From assembly GCA_038217285.1 (NCBI GenBank), contig JBBQPO010000005.1, positions 1 to 55,188 on the forward strand: a DNA stretch of 55,188 nt. The letters run 5' to 3'. Shown here one piece after another: positions 36,435 through 46,373 of this stretch. How positions within the stretch are numbered: position 1 is the first letter of the stretch; every line of letters begins with the position of its first letter. A model generated the notes under the pieces. The model saw only the letters and a list, made by a program, of their open reading frames with translations, did not search any database and was not told where the DNA came from. The position numbers were made by a program, and so were the translations under genes. This DNA is from Chthonomonadales bacterium. GTDB taxonomy: Bacteria; Armatimonadota; Chthonomonadetes; Chthonomonadales; Chthonomonadaceae.

Positions 36435-38969
36435 CTACTCCTGAACTGTCGGAGCTGGCCCAGACGAGGCCATCAGAGCCTTGTCGTCTACGATGGAGCC
36501 GCGCTTGCTGAAGAGCACGGCCCCGATGAGACAGGCGCCGGAGACGCTTACAATGACGATGCGCACTTGCGCCGAGATGTCCTGAATTACGATCCCGGCG
36601 AGGAGGATGCCGGTGAGGTTCATAACCTTGATAAGCGGATTGAGAGCGGGACCGGCGGTGTCCTTAAAGGGATCTCCTACCGTGTCGCAGACGACAGCGG
36701 CCTTGTGGTTCTCCGTTCCCTTACCGCCGAACAGCCCGTCTTCGATCTTCTTCTTTGCGTTGTCCCAAGCGCCACCCGAGTTGGACAGCATCACGGCGAG
36801 CAACTGTCCGCTGGCGATCGCCCCGGCCAGATAACCCCCGAGAGCCGCCGCGCCGACATCCGGGCGACGGAAACCCAGCCCGAAGCCTACCAGAATAGGC
36901 AGGGCTATGGCGAGAATGCCAGGCGCGAGCAGCTCCTTCTGCGCCGCAGCCGTCACCAGGGCGACACAGCGGGCGTAGTCTGGTTTGCTTGTTCCCAACA
37001 TGATGCCGGGATCGTTGCGGAACTGGGAGCGTACCTCCTCGATCAGTTGCGAGGCCGCGCGCCCCACCGCGTTGATGGCGAACGCAGAGAACAGGAACGG
37101 AGCCGCAGCGCCGATGAGCAGTCCGACGAAGACCTCCGGCACATCGAGCGGAATACCGAAGATACGGCCCTGCTGTAACTGCTGCGCCCAGACCGTGACA
37201 TCCGCTGGTGGCAGTAGATGGGCGTCCGTCATGAACGACCGGAACAAGGCGACCGCCGCGATCACCGCCGTGGCGATGGCGAAGCCCTTGGTCAATGCCT
37301 TCGTCGTGTTGCCGACAGCGTCGAGACGTCCGACAATACGGTCGCCGGAGATACCGCCGGAGGTCATCGCCTTGCCATGCTCACGATCCTCTTCTAGCAC
37401 GCCCGACATCTCGAAGATCCCGTTGGCGTTGTCGGTGATCGGCCCGAAGGTGTCCATCGCCAGGATATAGCCGGTTGTTGTCAGCAGACCCAGTCCGGAG
37501 AGAGCGATTCCATAGGCGGCCAGCAGAACGTTACCGCCAAAGATCCAGAGAGAGAACATGAGGGTCACGGCGATGGCGACGACGCTCCAGACCGAGCTCT
37601 CCAGCCCAAACGAGAACCCGGAGATGATCATCGTCGCGGGGCCGGTTCGGGAGTGGTAGGCGATCTCATTCACCGGCTTCTTTTCGGTGGAAGTAAAGTA
37701 TTCGGTCAGCCAGCCGATCACCATCGCGAGCACGATCCCGGAGAAGGTGCAGAGAAAAAACGGCTTCCAGTCGTAGACGATATTCCCGGAAGGCGTCGGG
37801 ATCTCTATCCCTGTGCCGAAGTAGAAGAAGGAGCCAATGCCGAAAAAGACGGTTGCGAGAGCGGCGGAGATACGAAAGCCCCGATTGATCGGCTGCATGG
37901 GGTCCATGCTCTCACGGTCCTCGCCTTTGACCGCCAGTACACCGATGATCGAAGCGACCACTCCGACAGCGCGCACGATGAGGGGATACATGATCAGGTG
38001 CAGGCCGCTGCTCACGAGAGAGGCCGACGTCTCCCCTTTGACAAACGGGATGATCGCTGCACCCAGAATGATCGCTGCGACCAGAGTCACCTCATAACTC
38101 TCGAACACGTCCGCCGCCATTCCGGCGCAGTCTCCCACATTGTCCCCGACATTGTCGGCGATGGTGGCCGGGTTCCGGGGATCGTCTTCGGGAATACCCG
38201 CCTCGACCTTTCCGACCAGATCGGCGCCGACATCCGCCGCCTTCGTAAAGATGCCACCTCCAACACGCATGAAGAGCGCTGCCAGCGATCCACCAAATCC
38301 GAATCCGACCAGGATCAGCATCGCCTTCTCACGATAGATCAGGAAGACGGCACACGCTCCCAACAGTCCGAGACCGACGGTCATCATGCCGGAGACGGCT
38401 CCCGCGCGAAAGGCCGTCTCCAGAGCGCCCTTGAAGGTTGTTCGCGCCTGCTCGGCGGTGCGCTGGTTGGCGATAGTCGCCATGCCCATGCCGACATAGC
38501 CGGCCAGATACGAGGCACCTACGCCAAGGACGAAGAAGATCGCGACGCCGAACGCCTCGCCAGGACCGTAGCCCAGCGCACTCTGCCCTTTATAGAGGAA
38601 GAACAGGCCGACGGCGATAATTCCGACCAGCACGGCCATGGTGCGCACCTGCTGCCTCAGATAGGCCATCGCGCCTTCCCGGATCGCCTGCCCTACCTCC
38701 TGCATGCGGGGCGTACCGGGGCTCTGGGCAGCAATCGAGCGAAACCAGACAAATCCGACCACTAACGAGAGTATTCCGGACGCCAGGACGACCAGAATAA
38801 GATTGATCTCGCTCTGCCCGAAGGGCGGGAGAACCGTCGCCTCCCCAGCCGAGGCCGGCCGCGCCAGCGCCAGCATCAGTCCGGCCAGTATTGCGGGGAG
38901 CAGAGACGGGACTCCCCTTTTTGCTCCGCTATGGTACGCACCGATCCGACATCGAACTCTTGCCTTCAT
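36435..38969 (-). CDS. hppA: Membrane-bound H+-translocating pyrophosphatase, K+-independent type
   Basis: KAADVGADLVGKVE..IPEDDPRN, DNVGDNVGD, GNTTKA, GGAWDNAKK, DTVGDPFKDT. Start uncertain. Confidence 0.95.
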   Translation of the reverse strand: MKARVRCRIGAYHSGAKRGVPSLLPAILAGLMLALARPASAGEATVLPPFGQSEINLILVVLASGILSLVVGFVWFRSIAAQSPGTPRMQEVGQAIREGAMAYLRQQVRTMAVLVGIIAVGLFFLYKGQSALGYGPGEAFGVAIFFVLGVGASYLAGYVGMGMATIANQRTAEQARTTFKGALETAFRAGAVSGMMTVGLGLLGACAVFLIYREKAMLILVGFGFGGSLAALFMRVGGGIFTKAADVGADLVGKVEAGIPEDDPRNPATIADNVGDNVGDCAGMAADVFESYEVTLVAAIILGAAIIPFVKGETSASLVSSGLHLIMYPLIVRAVGVVASIIGVLAVKGEDRESMDPMQPINRGFRISAALATVFFGIGSFFYFGTGIEIPTPSGNIVYDWKPFFLCTFSGIVLAMVIGWLTEYFTSTEKKPVNEIAYHSRTGPATMIISGFSFGLESSVWSVVAIAVTLMFSLWIFGGNVLLAAYGIALSGLGLLTTTGYILAMDTFGPITDNANGIFEMSGVLEEDREHGKAMTSGGISGDRIVGRLDAVGNTTKALTKGFAIATAVIAAVALFRSFMTDAHLLPPADVTVWAQQLQQGRIFGIPLDVPEVFVGLLIGAAAPFLFSAFAINAVGRAASQLIEEVRSQFRNDPGIMLGTSKPDYARCVALVTAAAQKELLAPGILAIALPILVGFGLGFRRPDVGAAALGGYLAGAIASGQLLAVMLSNSGGAWDNAKKKIEDGLFGGKGTENHKAAVVCDTVGDPFKDTAGPALNPLIKVMNLTGILLAGIVIQDISAQVRIVIVSVSGACLIGAVLFSKRGSIVDDKALMASSGPAPTVQE

Positions 38970-39046
38970 CAGATTTACGCCCTTCCCGACGACATCGTCG
39001 CTCTATTTGGACATTGATCGCTTCCCAAAATGCACGTGCTGTCCGA

Positions 39047-39075
39047 ATTATAAGCGATGACACGGATCATGTCAA
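39047..39075 (-). promoter_or_regulatory. sigma70 promoter of hppA
   Basis: Perfect minus-strand TTGACA-N17-TATAAT; a TGACA-N7-TGTCA inverted repeat overlaps the -35. Confidence 0.8.
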
Positions 39076-39202
39076 GGGGAGAATGGCATTCAAAGCCGGT
39101 GAACCTAGGAAAGGCGGACCTCTTGGGGTCGGAAGGCGAAGCGAGCGAGCGCAGAGGGGGCTGACCGGAGCTAGCAGGTAGGTTCCAATTGACACTTGCG
39201 TT

Positions 39203-40477
39203 CTACTCGTGGCGCAAAGCGTCGATCGGACTCAGACGGGCGGCACGGACGGCGGGAGTGACGCCGAAAACCATACCGACCAGCGTACAGACGCCGAGCG
39301 CCATCGCGACGAGCGGCAACGTGAGGAGAGGCGTGAGAAGCGAAGCGCGCGCGATGATGGCGCAGATGCCGCTGGAAATGAGCAGGCCGATGCCGCCGCC
39401 AAGCAGCGAAAGCGTGATCGACTCGACGAGAAACTGCAGGAAGATGTCGCTGCGTCGCGCGCCGACGGTCTTGCGAATCCCGATCTCTCGCGTTCGTTCC
39501 GTCACCGTGACCAGCATGATGTTCATGATACCGATGCCTGCCACGAAAAGCGAGATGGCGGCGAGCAGAACCAGCAACTGTTGCGCCAGGGCCAGGATGC
39601 GGATGACGAGCGCCAGTCCCCGCTGCTGCGTGATGACGCCGAAGTCCTCTTTGCCGTGGTGTTGGGCCAGCAGCGTGGAGTTCATGCGCGCAATCATCTT
39701 CTCAGCAGGATGCTGGTAGTCTGTCTGCAGCGCAATACGATTGACCTGGCAGCCCGCGATCTCCTCCCGTGCGGTGGTGATGGGCAGATAGACGAGAGTG
39801 CTGAGGCCCAGCATGGAAGCGCCGAGGGAGCCGTCACCATTGGGCTTATTGAGGACGCCGACGACCTTCCAGTCATGATTCTGGATGCGGACCGTTTTTC
39901 CCACTGCAGGCCCATCGCCGAACAGCTCCTTACGTGGCTTCGAGGCCAGAATACAGACGAATCTTTCGGTATCCTCGAAATAGCGTCCTTCGGCCATCGG
40001 CGTCGGATTCATGACCACACCGGCCTTGTTGGTTCCTACCACGAAGGGATAGGTCACCTTATTCGCGCCAGCGGCGGTATAGTCCACCTCTCCGGCGACG
40101 ATGGCGACGGGCGAGATCTTCTCCACGCCGGGTATCTGGGCCAGTTTCTGCACGTCGTCTTCTGTCAGGGAGGAGATGCCGATGATCGCCGCAGGATTCG
40201 GCTGACCGTTTTCGTCCAGTTTGCTGGGCACGATCAGGACCAGATTGGCGCCCAGCCCCTCGACCTGCTTGCCGAGTTCGGCCTTCACACCCTGCAGTAC
40301 GGCGACGATTGTGACGATCGCCAGCACACCGACAATGATGCCGGACATGGTGAGCGCAGAGCGTAGAGGGTTGAGACGCAACGAGCGAAACGCGCTGAGC
40401 ACGTTTTCAGAAATGGCGACGGCGAAACGACGAGCCGCATTGGGCTGCACGGAGCGAAGACGAGACTCGATAGACAT
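39203..40477 (-). CDS. MacB/FtsX-family ABC transporter permease
   Basis: LRSALTMSGIIVGV, ISLFVAGIGIMNIMLVTVTERTREIGIRK, PAVRAARLSPIDALRHE. No ATPase adjacent. Confidence 0.92.
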   Translation of the reverse strand: MSIESRLRSVQPNAARRFAVAISENVLSAFRSLRLNPLRSALTMSGIIVGVLAIVTIVAVLQGVKAELGKQVEGLGANLVLIVPSKLDENGQPNPAAIIGISSLTEDDVQKLAQIPGVEKISPVAIVAGEVDYTAAGANKVTYPFVVGTNKAGVVMNPTPMAEGRYFEDTERFVCILASKPRKELFGDGPAVGKTVRIQNHDWKVVGVLNKPNGDGSLGASMLGLSTLVYLPITTAREEIAGCQVNRIALQTDYQHPAEKMIARMNSTLLAQHHGKEDFGVITQQRGLALVIRILALAQQLLVLLAAISLFVAGIGIMNIMLVTVTERTREIGIRKTVGARRSDIFLQFLVESITLSLLGGGIGLLISSGICAIIARASLLTPLLTLPLVAMALGVCTLVGMVFGVTPAVRAARLSPIDALRHE

Positions 40478-40667
40478 GGTGGACTCTGAGTACCTCATTC
40501 CGCAAAGTCCCTGTAACCTTCCGGTCCTCAGGACACTCATTATAGGGGAGGACGCACAGGAATCGCGTCCTCTCCCACTTCGTTTCTTATACGAGTTGCC
40601 GGATGGCGTGGGTTGCGTGATATAATGGATACGGTCTTCTTTTTTCTGAAAGGGTTCTAACGCCATT

Positions 40668-41900
40668 ATGAGTAGAGCTATCCTCAACAAGATCACGCTG
40701 GTGCTCGCATTCGTGGGCTGCATCATCGCGCTCGTTCTCACCTACGAGCACTTCTTTCCCGCCGCCGACATCGGGTGTGGGGCCGTCGGCGGCAACTGCC
40801 ACAATACGATCGAGAGCAAGTACGGAAAGCTGGGTCCGATTCCTACGTCTGTGCTGGGCTTCGGCATGTATCTCACGCTGGCCGGCATCTGCGTGGTACG
40901 CGCCCGCAGCTTATCGGGCCGCAATGCGCCCGGCCCGGACGAAAAATCGCTTGGATTCGCCCTGTTCGGCATCTCGCTGCTGGCGTTCTGCATCTCCTGG
41001 TGGCTGCAGTATACGTCGATCTTTGTCCTGGTTACGTTCTGTCCCTGGTGTTTTGCCTCGGCGCTGACCGTCACGGCTATATTTCTGGTCAACAGTTACG
41101 ATCATCTCATTCTGGGCCGCGCTTTGACGGGCGAGCAGAGAATGCTAACCGGGGTCGTGGCCTTCATCGGCGTGATGCTCGGGATCCTCTACGGACCTCA
41201 GACCTTTTTTCAGTTCCGATTAGCCACCAGGGGGCCGCTTGCAGATCCGGGAGTGCATGTTCCCATTACCGACCGTAATGATCCATTCGTGCATCCACGA
41301 GAACAGCTCCTTTCGAAGGGGCTCTTCTTCAAGGGCAAGCCGACAGCGACCTATACGATCATCGAATTTGCGGACTACGGCTGCAGCCACTGCAGGGAAG
41401 CCTCCGCCGATATGGATGGCTTCGTCAAACAGTATCCGGACCGTTACCGACTGGCATTCCGCAACTTCCCTCTGGGCCGATGGCCCTACTCCGCAATGGA
41501 GGCCGCCGCCGCCGAAGCGGCAGGACTTCAGGGTAAATTTTGGGAGATGCACGATATTCTGTTCGCGCACCAGCCCGAGATCGATACCGAAACCTTCAAT
41601 CCCGACTTGATCGCTAAATGGGCCGAATCGCTTGGGCTCGATATGGCTCGGCTCAAAAAGGATATGCAGGCCAGTAAGATGCGCGAAAAGGTGGCGCATG
41701 ACCATTACATCGGCGAGGTCAATAATGTCACGTTGACGCCGTCATTCTTTGTCATCCCCTCCGACCCGAAACAGAAAGTCATGATGATTACTGGGGGCGC
41801 GGACGCCAAACTCGTGATGGGCAATCCGGCGGATCCCTTCTGGCACGGAGACCCGCGCAATCTCAAGAATCCGGAATCACCGAAAAAGCCAACGCCGTGA
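40668..41900 (+). CDS. VKOR-family membrane protein fused to a DsbA-like thioredoxin
   Basis: VKOR loop C-X6-C then SKYG, active site CPWC; C-terminal EFADYGCSHC, RNFPL, QGKFWEMHD, cis-Pro TP. Extended -10 TGATATAAT at 40618. Confidence 0.88.
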   Translation: MSRAILNKITLVLAFVGCIIALVLTYEHFFPAADIGCGAVGGNCHNTIESKYGKLGPIPTSVLGFGMYLTLAGICVVRARSLSGRNAPGPDEKSLGFALFGISLLAFCISWWLQYTSIFVLVTFCPWCFASALTVTAIFLVNSYDHLILGRALTGEQRMLTGVVAFIGVMLGILYGPQTFFQFRLATRGPLADPGVHVPITDRNDPFVHPREQLLSKGLFFKGKPTATYTIIEFADYGCSHCREASADMDGFVKQYPDRYRLAFRNFPLGRWPYSAMEAAAAEAAGLQGKFWEMHDILFAHQPEIDTETFNPDLIAKWAESLGLDMARLKKDMQASKMREKVAHDHYIGEVNNVTLTPSFFVIPSDPKQKVMMITGGADAKLVMGNPADPFWHGDPRNLKNPESPKKPTP

Positions 41901-41939
41901 CTGGTCCATGGGACCAAGGAACGACGGAAGGAGATCGAC

Positions 41940-43082
41940 GTGCGCAGAGATGCTATCAAGTGCCGGATCGGATGCCTGGTGTGGCCCGTACTCGTCGGGC
42001 TGCTCGCCTGTTGCAGCGCCCCTGGGCAGGCGACGGAGTATGTCTGGGCGACCGGCAAAGTGCTGGATGCGCGCGGACGGCCACTGCCCAACGCCTTTGT
42101 CGCCGTATACGATGACTCGAACAAGGTCGTGGACTATACCCGGACGGATCGCAACGGCGAGTACGCGCTCGCCGTCCCGAAGCCGGTCCTTCATCTGGAG
42201 CATAAGCACGGCAAGGGATTTGTTGCGGATGTGTTTACGGGCGTCATCCGACTGACAGGCGATGCCATCGGCTTCATCAACAACCCGATTCGCTCCGGAA
42301 TTCACGCCGTCGCGTCGGCGGAGTCGGCCACCTTTGCCGATCCACTGACCAAAGGCGGTATTTCGGCAGGCTCCGCCGTCGCCGATCGGGCGCTTGTGAT
42401 GCTGACGCCGCGAGGGCACCGCCCGCCCCCGCCCACGGCGATGCGTAAACAGCCGGGTGCCCTGCTGATGAAAATCGTGGCGCCCAATACCAATGACCTC
42501 GTCGAAATCGGCCATGTCTACTGGATTCAAGAGGAGCGGCTTCGGCTCGGAGGCAAGCAGGAGCATACCCTGGCAGCCTGGCTCGACCCGGTGGAGCTGA
42601 CTTCTGTCGATTCCGACAGGCCCTCAAAATTCCAGACCGACTACCTGCGCTTCACGCACGCCCGCCTTGAACCGAGCCTCGCCGAACCAGGACAGGTCGT
42701 GCATATCACGGCCCAACTGCTCACGCCCCCGGCTCCGGAGGTCTACGCCATCGTCGTGGCCCGCAATAACCATACGGGGCAGCGGTGGGAACTGGAGCCG
42801 ACAGGCAATGGCCGCTACGAAGGTGATTTCGTGGTAGACAAGCACTTTGCCCACGACGATCAGACCATCAGCATCGTGGCCTACGCCGCCAAAGAGCAAA
42901 AGCCGGGTCGGCGGGACAACGCCGAGCGCACGATAGAAGGCGCTGGCCTCTGGGACCCTAAAAAGCCCTATATCTACGATCCGTTGCTGGTCGTCAGTCG
43001 CAACCGCGCCGACCTCACCTTGACGGTCGTCAATCCGGAAGGCCGCCGCAGCAACCGTTTGAAACGCGCCGATAGGAACTGA
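41940..43082 (+). CDS. Secreted protein with carboxypeptidase-regulatory-like N-terminal domain
   Basis: Signal-like N-terminus; GKVLDARGRPLPNAFV...TRTDRNGEY. Confidence 0.65.
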   Translation: MRRDAIKCRIGCLVWPVLVGLLACCSAPGQATEYVWATGKVLDARGRPLPNAFVAVYDDSNKVVDYTRTDRNGEYALAVPKPVLHLEHKHGKGFVADVFTGVIRLTGDAIGFINNPIRSGIHAVASAESATFADPLTKGGISAGSAVADRALVMLTPRGHRPPPPTAMRKQPGALLMKIVAPNTNDLVEIGHVYWIQEERLRLGGKQEHTLAAWLDPVELTSVDSDRPSKFQTDYLRFTHARLEPSLAEPGQVVHITAQLLTPPAPEVYAIVVARNNHTGQRWELEPTGNGRYEGDFVVDKHFAHDDQTISIVAYAAKEQKPGRRDNAERTIEGAGLWDPKKPYIYDPLLVVSRNRADLTLTVVNPEGRRSNRLKRADRN

Positions 43083-43188
43083 TTCAGGTAACCATCCCTT
43101 GCAGTCCGTCTATAGTCGGCAGTTGATCTTCAGGTTCGGCCTCAGTTTTGGAGGCGTCGGAGCCGGTAAGGCAGGGAATCAAGCCCGC

Positions 43189-44301
43189 ATGAGCAGTCCG
43201 AGACGTAAGGATCCGACGCGTTTTGATCGGATCCTGGTGCGCGTCTGTAATTCGAAACTGGGCGATCTTTTGATGGCGACCCCCACCCTGGAGGGGATTC
43301 GCCGGAAGCACCCCGAAGCGAAAATCACTCTCTTACTGCCTCTGCCCGGTCCCGGTGACTGGATTGAACATCACCCGTTCGTGGATGCGGTCCTGTGGGA
43401 ACAACCAAAAGGTAAGACGCAGAACTTCCCAGAGGCGTTGCGTCTACTGCGCGCTCTCCGCGATGGTCGTTTCGACGCCGTAGTCGATCTGCGGCTTCGC
43501 GCTCGGTACGCCTGGCTCTACTGGCTCGCTCGCATTCCCTTACGGACCGCCAGTAGCACGAAATACTACGTCCGCCTCCTGACGCATAACTTCCCCTACA
43601 ATTTCGATACGCCGGATCGCAATGAAGTGGAATTCAACTATGGAATCGCCGCGCCGATCGGTCTGAACGGCATTCCGGGAGATACTTTTCTGCCTATCTC
43701 CGCAGAGGAGGAGGCGGAAGCAGACCGGTTGTTGACGTCCGGCGAGATCGGCCCCGACGACGCTTTTCTGGTCCTCAATCCCACCTTCGGTGGCTCGTCC
43801 CGGCTGTGGCCCCCCGAACGTTTCGCGGCCGCGGCCCAGGGCATCCAAAGTGCGACCGGCCTTCGTATCGTGCTGATCGGTGGCCTTATTCCGACGGAGA
43901 CCTGCGGCGAGATCTTGAAGATGCTTCCCGCCGCCACGGTGGACCTGCGCGGCAAAACATCCGTGCCCGTTCTGGCTGCGGTGTTGAAGCGCTGCGCCCT
44001 CCATCTGAGCGTAGATACCGGCACCTCGCACCTCGCGGCGGCGATGCAGACTCCCTGCGTCACGATCTTTACGTTTTTTGAATACTGGGAGCAGCGGACG
44101 CGGTGGCAGCCGTGGCACACCCCGCTCCGAACCGTCGGACCACAAATCCGCTGCGCCTCCTGTCCGATTCCCCACGAGAACTGCGCGCGCGAAGAGACGA
44201 CCTGCATCGACAGCGTCTCTATCTCCGAAGTAGTCCAGGCTGCGGTCGAACTCTTACAGCAGCAGACCCTTCCGATCTGTGAGCCGACGACCTCGGCGTG
44301 A
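43189..44301 (+). CDS. Glycosyltransferase family 9 (heptosyltransferase-like)
   Basis: LGDLLMATP, HPFVD, WPPERF, DLRGKTS, VDTGTSHLAAA. Confidence 0.9.
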   Translation: MSSPRRKDPTRFDRILVRVCNSKLGDLLMATPTLEGIRRKHPEAKITLLLPLPGPGDWIEHHPFVDAVLWEQPKGKTQNFPEALRLLRALRDGRFDAVVDLRLRARYAWLYWLARIPLRTASSTKYYVRLLTHNFPYNFDTPDRNEVEFNYGIAAPIGLNGIPGDTFLPISAEEEAEADRLLTSGEIGPDDAFLVLNPTFGGSSRLWPPERFAAAAQGIQSATGLRIVLIGGLIPTETCGEILKMLPAATVDLRGKTSVPVLAAVLKRCALHLSVDTGTSHLAAAMQTPCVTIFTFFEYWEQRTRWQPWHTPLRTVGPQIRCASCPIPHENCAREETTCIDSVSISEVVQAAVELLQQQTLPICEPTTSA

Positions 44302-44313
44302 AGGGAGCGCGTC

Positions 44314-45255
44314 ATGACGTCCGCCGTGATATCCCCTCTCACCCGTCGCACACTGTTGCAGGTCACCTCCCTCGGAGTTGTGAGCCTGACGGCCTCCGCG
44401 ATGCAAGGACAGCGGAAAGCGCTGACAGAGGGTCCGAATCAGCCCGCGCCGCACGTCGAAGACCGTAACGACAATTTGTCCCTTCCGCGCCGACGACTGG
44501 GCCGCACCAACATGATGGTGACCACGATCGGATCCGGTGGCGCAGGCATCACTGGCCCGGAAATCCTTCTCCGCGCCATCGACAAAGGCGTCAACTACAT
44601 CGATACAGCCCCGGCGTACGGCCACAGTGAAGAGGTGTTCGGGGAGGTGATGCAGACCCGCCGCCGTCAGGTTTTTCTCGCGACGAAATGGGCGGTTCTC
44701 GGCGACTGGACGGTGGCCCAATGCCTCGGCTCTCTTCATCGGAGCCTGAAAAGGCTCAAGACGGATCACATAGATCTGCTGCAACTGCACAGCGTGGACA
44801 CAGGCCCCGGCCTGACCGGAACACCCCGCGACGGTTACGTTCGCTTGAACAGTCCGCACCTACACAGGGCGATGGAACTGGCGCGTAAGGATGGCAAGGT
44901 CCGGTATTTCGGCGTCTCGTCGCACGATCCCCGACGCAAGGACCTGCTGAAATATGCCATCGACACCGGCCTGTTTGATGCGATCCTGGTCGCCTTCAAC
45001 GCTTTCGACTATGAGCGGAGCGGAATGTCGGAACTGCTGGCGCATGCCCATAAGAAGGACATCGGCGTCATCGGTATGGAGGCAAGCCTGAGTCCCACGG
45101 ATCTCCGTGTGCAGCGCGGCCAGACCCTGACCGCCCAACTTGCCTGGATGCTCTCAAACGACATCCACACGGTCATCAACTCCGAGATGGTCTTCAACCA
45201 GGATTCGCAAGACGCCTGCCTCGCCGCTGCCGTCAGGCCCATTCACGGAAGGTGA
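44314..45255 (+). CDS. Aldo/keto reductase with twin-arginine-like leader
   Basis: RRLGRT, NYIDTAPAYG, FLATK, SLKRLKTDHIDLLQLH, GVSSH; N-terminal TRRTLL. Confidence 0.88.
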   Translation: MTSAVISPLTRRTLLQVTSLGVVSLTASAMQGQRKALTEGPNQPAPHVEDRNDNLSLPRRRLGRTNMMVTTIGSGGAGITGPEILLRAIDKGVNYIDTAPAYGHSEEVFGEVMQTRRRQVFLATKWAVLGDWTVAQCLGSLHRSLKRLKTDHIDLLQLHSVDTGPGLTGTPRDGYVRLNSPHLHRAMELARKDGKVRYFGVSSHDPRRKDLLKYAIDTGLFDAILVAFNAFDYERSGMSELLAHAHKKDIGVIGMEASLSPTDLRVQRGQTLTAQLAWMLSNDIHTVINSEMVFNQDSQDACLAAAVRPIHGR

Positions 45256-46373
45256 GGTTCGGTTTCTGCACCGGCGTTGTTTTCCTGCCACTCCTGAATG
45301 AAGGCGAGAATGCTGGGAATGGCAGCGGCGACCGGCAAGGCGAGAACCGCGCCCAGCATTCCCATCATCTCCACGCCGATCAGAATACTGATGACGATCA
45401 CCGACAACGACAGTCCAAGGGCAGATCCGTAGACCTTGGGAGCGATAAAATGGTCCTCCACCTGGTGGTATACCAGGTACGCCACGACGACTATTCCCGC
45501 TTTGGAGGGGGAGACGGTTAATGCCAGGAGCGCCGCTGGCACGAGCGCAATCAGCAGGCCGATCAAGGGAATGGCATCGGCGATGGCCGCCAGGGCGCCG
45601 AGGGCGAGGGCGGCAGGAACTCCGACGACCCAGCAGGTGATAAACGAGAAGACGCCCGCCAACGCCGACGTTATGATCTGGCCGCGCATGTAGCCGCCGA
45701 CCTGAAGTCCGATCTCCATGACCAGTTTTCGCGCGTGCAACCGCTCCTTGCGCGGTAGGAGCTGCATCAGCCCCTTGCTCACCTGCGGACCTTCGATGAG
45801 CAGATAGATCGTCAGGATCGCCACCGTTGCAAAAGCCGCCAATAGACTGACCACGCTGGTCAGCAGACTCATCAATTCGGGGGTCGATCCCATCAGTTTG
45901 GAAGACATCTGCTCGACCTGCTTCTGGATGTCGATATGCACGCGGTGCTTCGCCAACTCGTTCTGAATCTGGTGGGAGTAGATCGGCGCGTTCGTGACGA
46001 TTTTCGCACCCTGGACTGCCAGCGAGGGTATGAGCAGCGCCAACGTGCCCAGAAAGAAGACGATTAGAGCCGTGACGACGGCGACGATGGCCCAGGACCG
46101 ACCGAGCCGTGCCTGCCATTTCCGTACCAAAGGGTTGAAGGTCGCTACGAGCATCAGGGAGAGCACGATCAGGATAAGCACGGGAAAGATTCGCATCAGC
46201 AGCCAGATCGACGTGACGGTAAAGATGATCTTAAAAATGGCGGCCGGGGCGATATCAAAGCTGACGCGATGCCTGGGTTCCGGAACCGCTGCGGTCAGGG
46301 AGGCGATAAGTCCCTCATCCGCAACAACGGCATCTGTCGACCCTTCTGCACCCGATTCACTACTGTTGCTCAT
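45243..46373 (-). CDS. AI-2E family transporter
   Basis: YLLIEG, GYMRGQ, IPLIG, IAPKVYG, GAVLALPVAA. Confidence 0.9.
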   Translation of the reverse strand: MSNSSESGAEGSTDAVVADEGLIASLTAAVPEPRHRVSFDIAPAAIFKIIFTVTSIWLLMRIFPVLILIVLSLMLVATFNPLVRKWQARLGRSWAIVAVVTALIVFFLGTLALLIPSLAVQGAKIVTNAPIYSHQIQNELAKHRVHIDIQKQVEQMSSKLMGSTPELMSLLTSVVSLLAAFATVAILTIYLLIEGPQVSKGLMQLLPRKERLHARKLVMEIGLQVGGYMRGQIITSALAGVFSFITCWVVGVPAALALGALAAIADAIPLIGLLIALVPAALLALTVSPSKAGIVVVAYLVYHQVEDHFIAPKVYGSALGLSLSVIVISILIGVEMMGMLGAVLALPVAAAIPSILAFIQEWQENNAGAETEPHLP

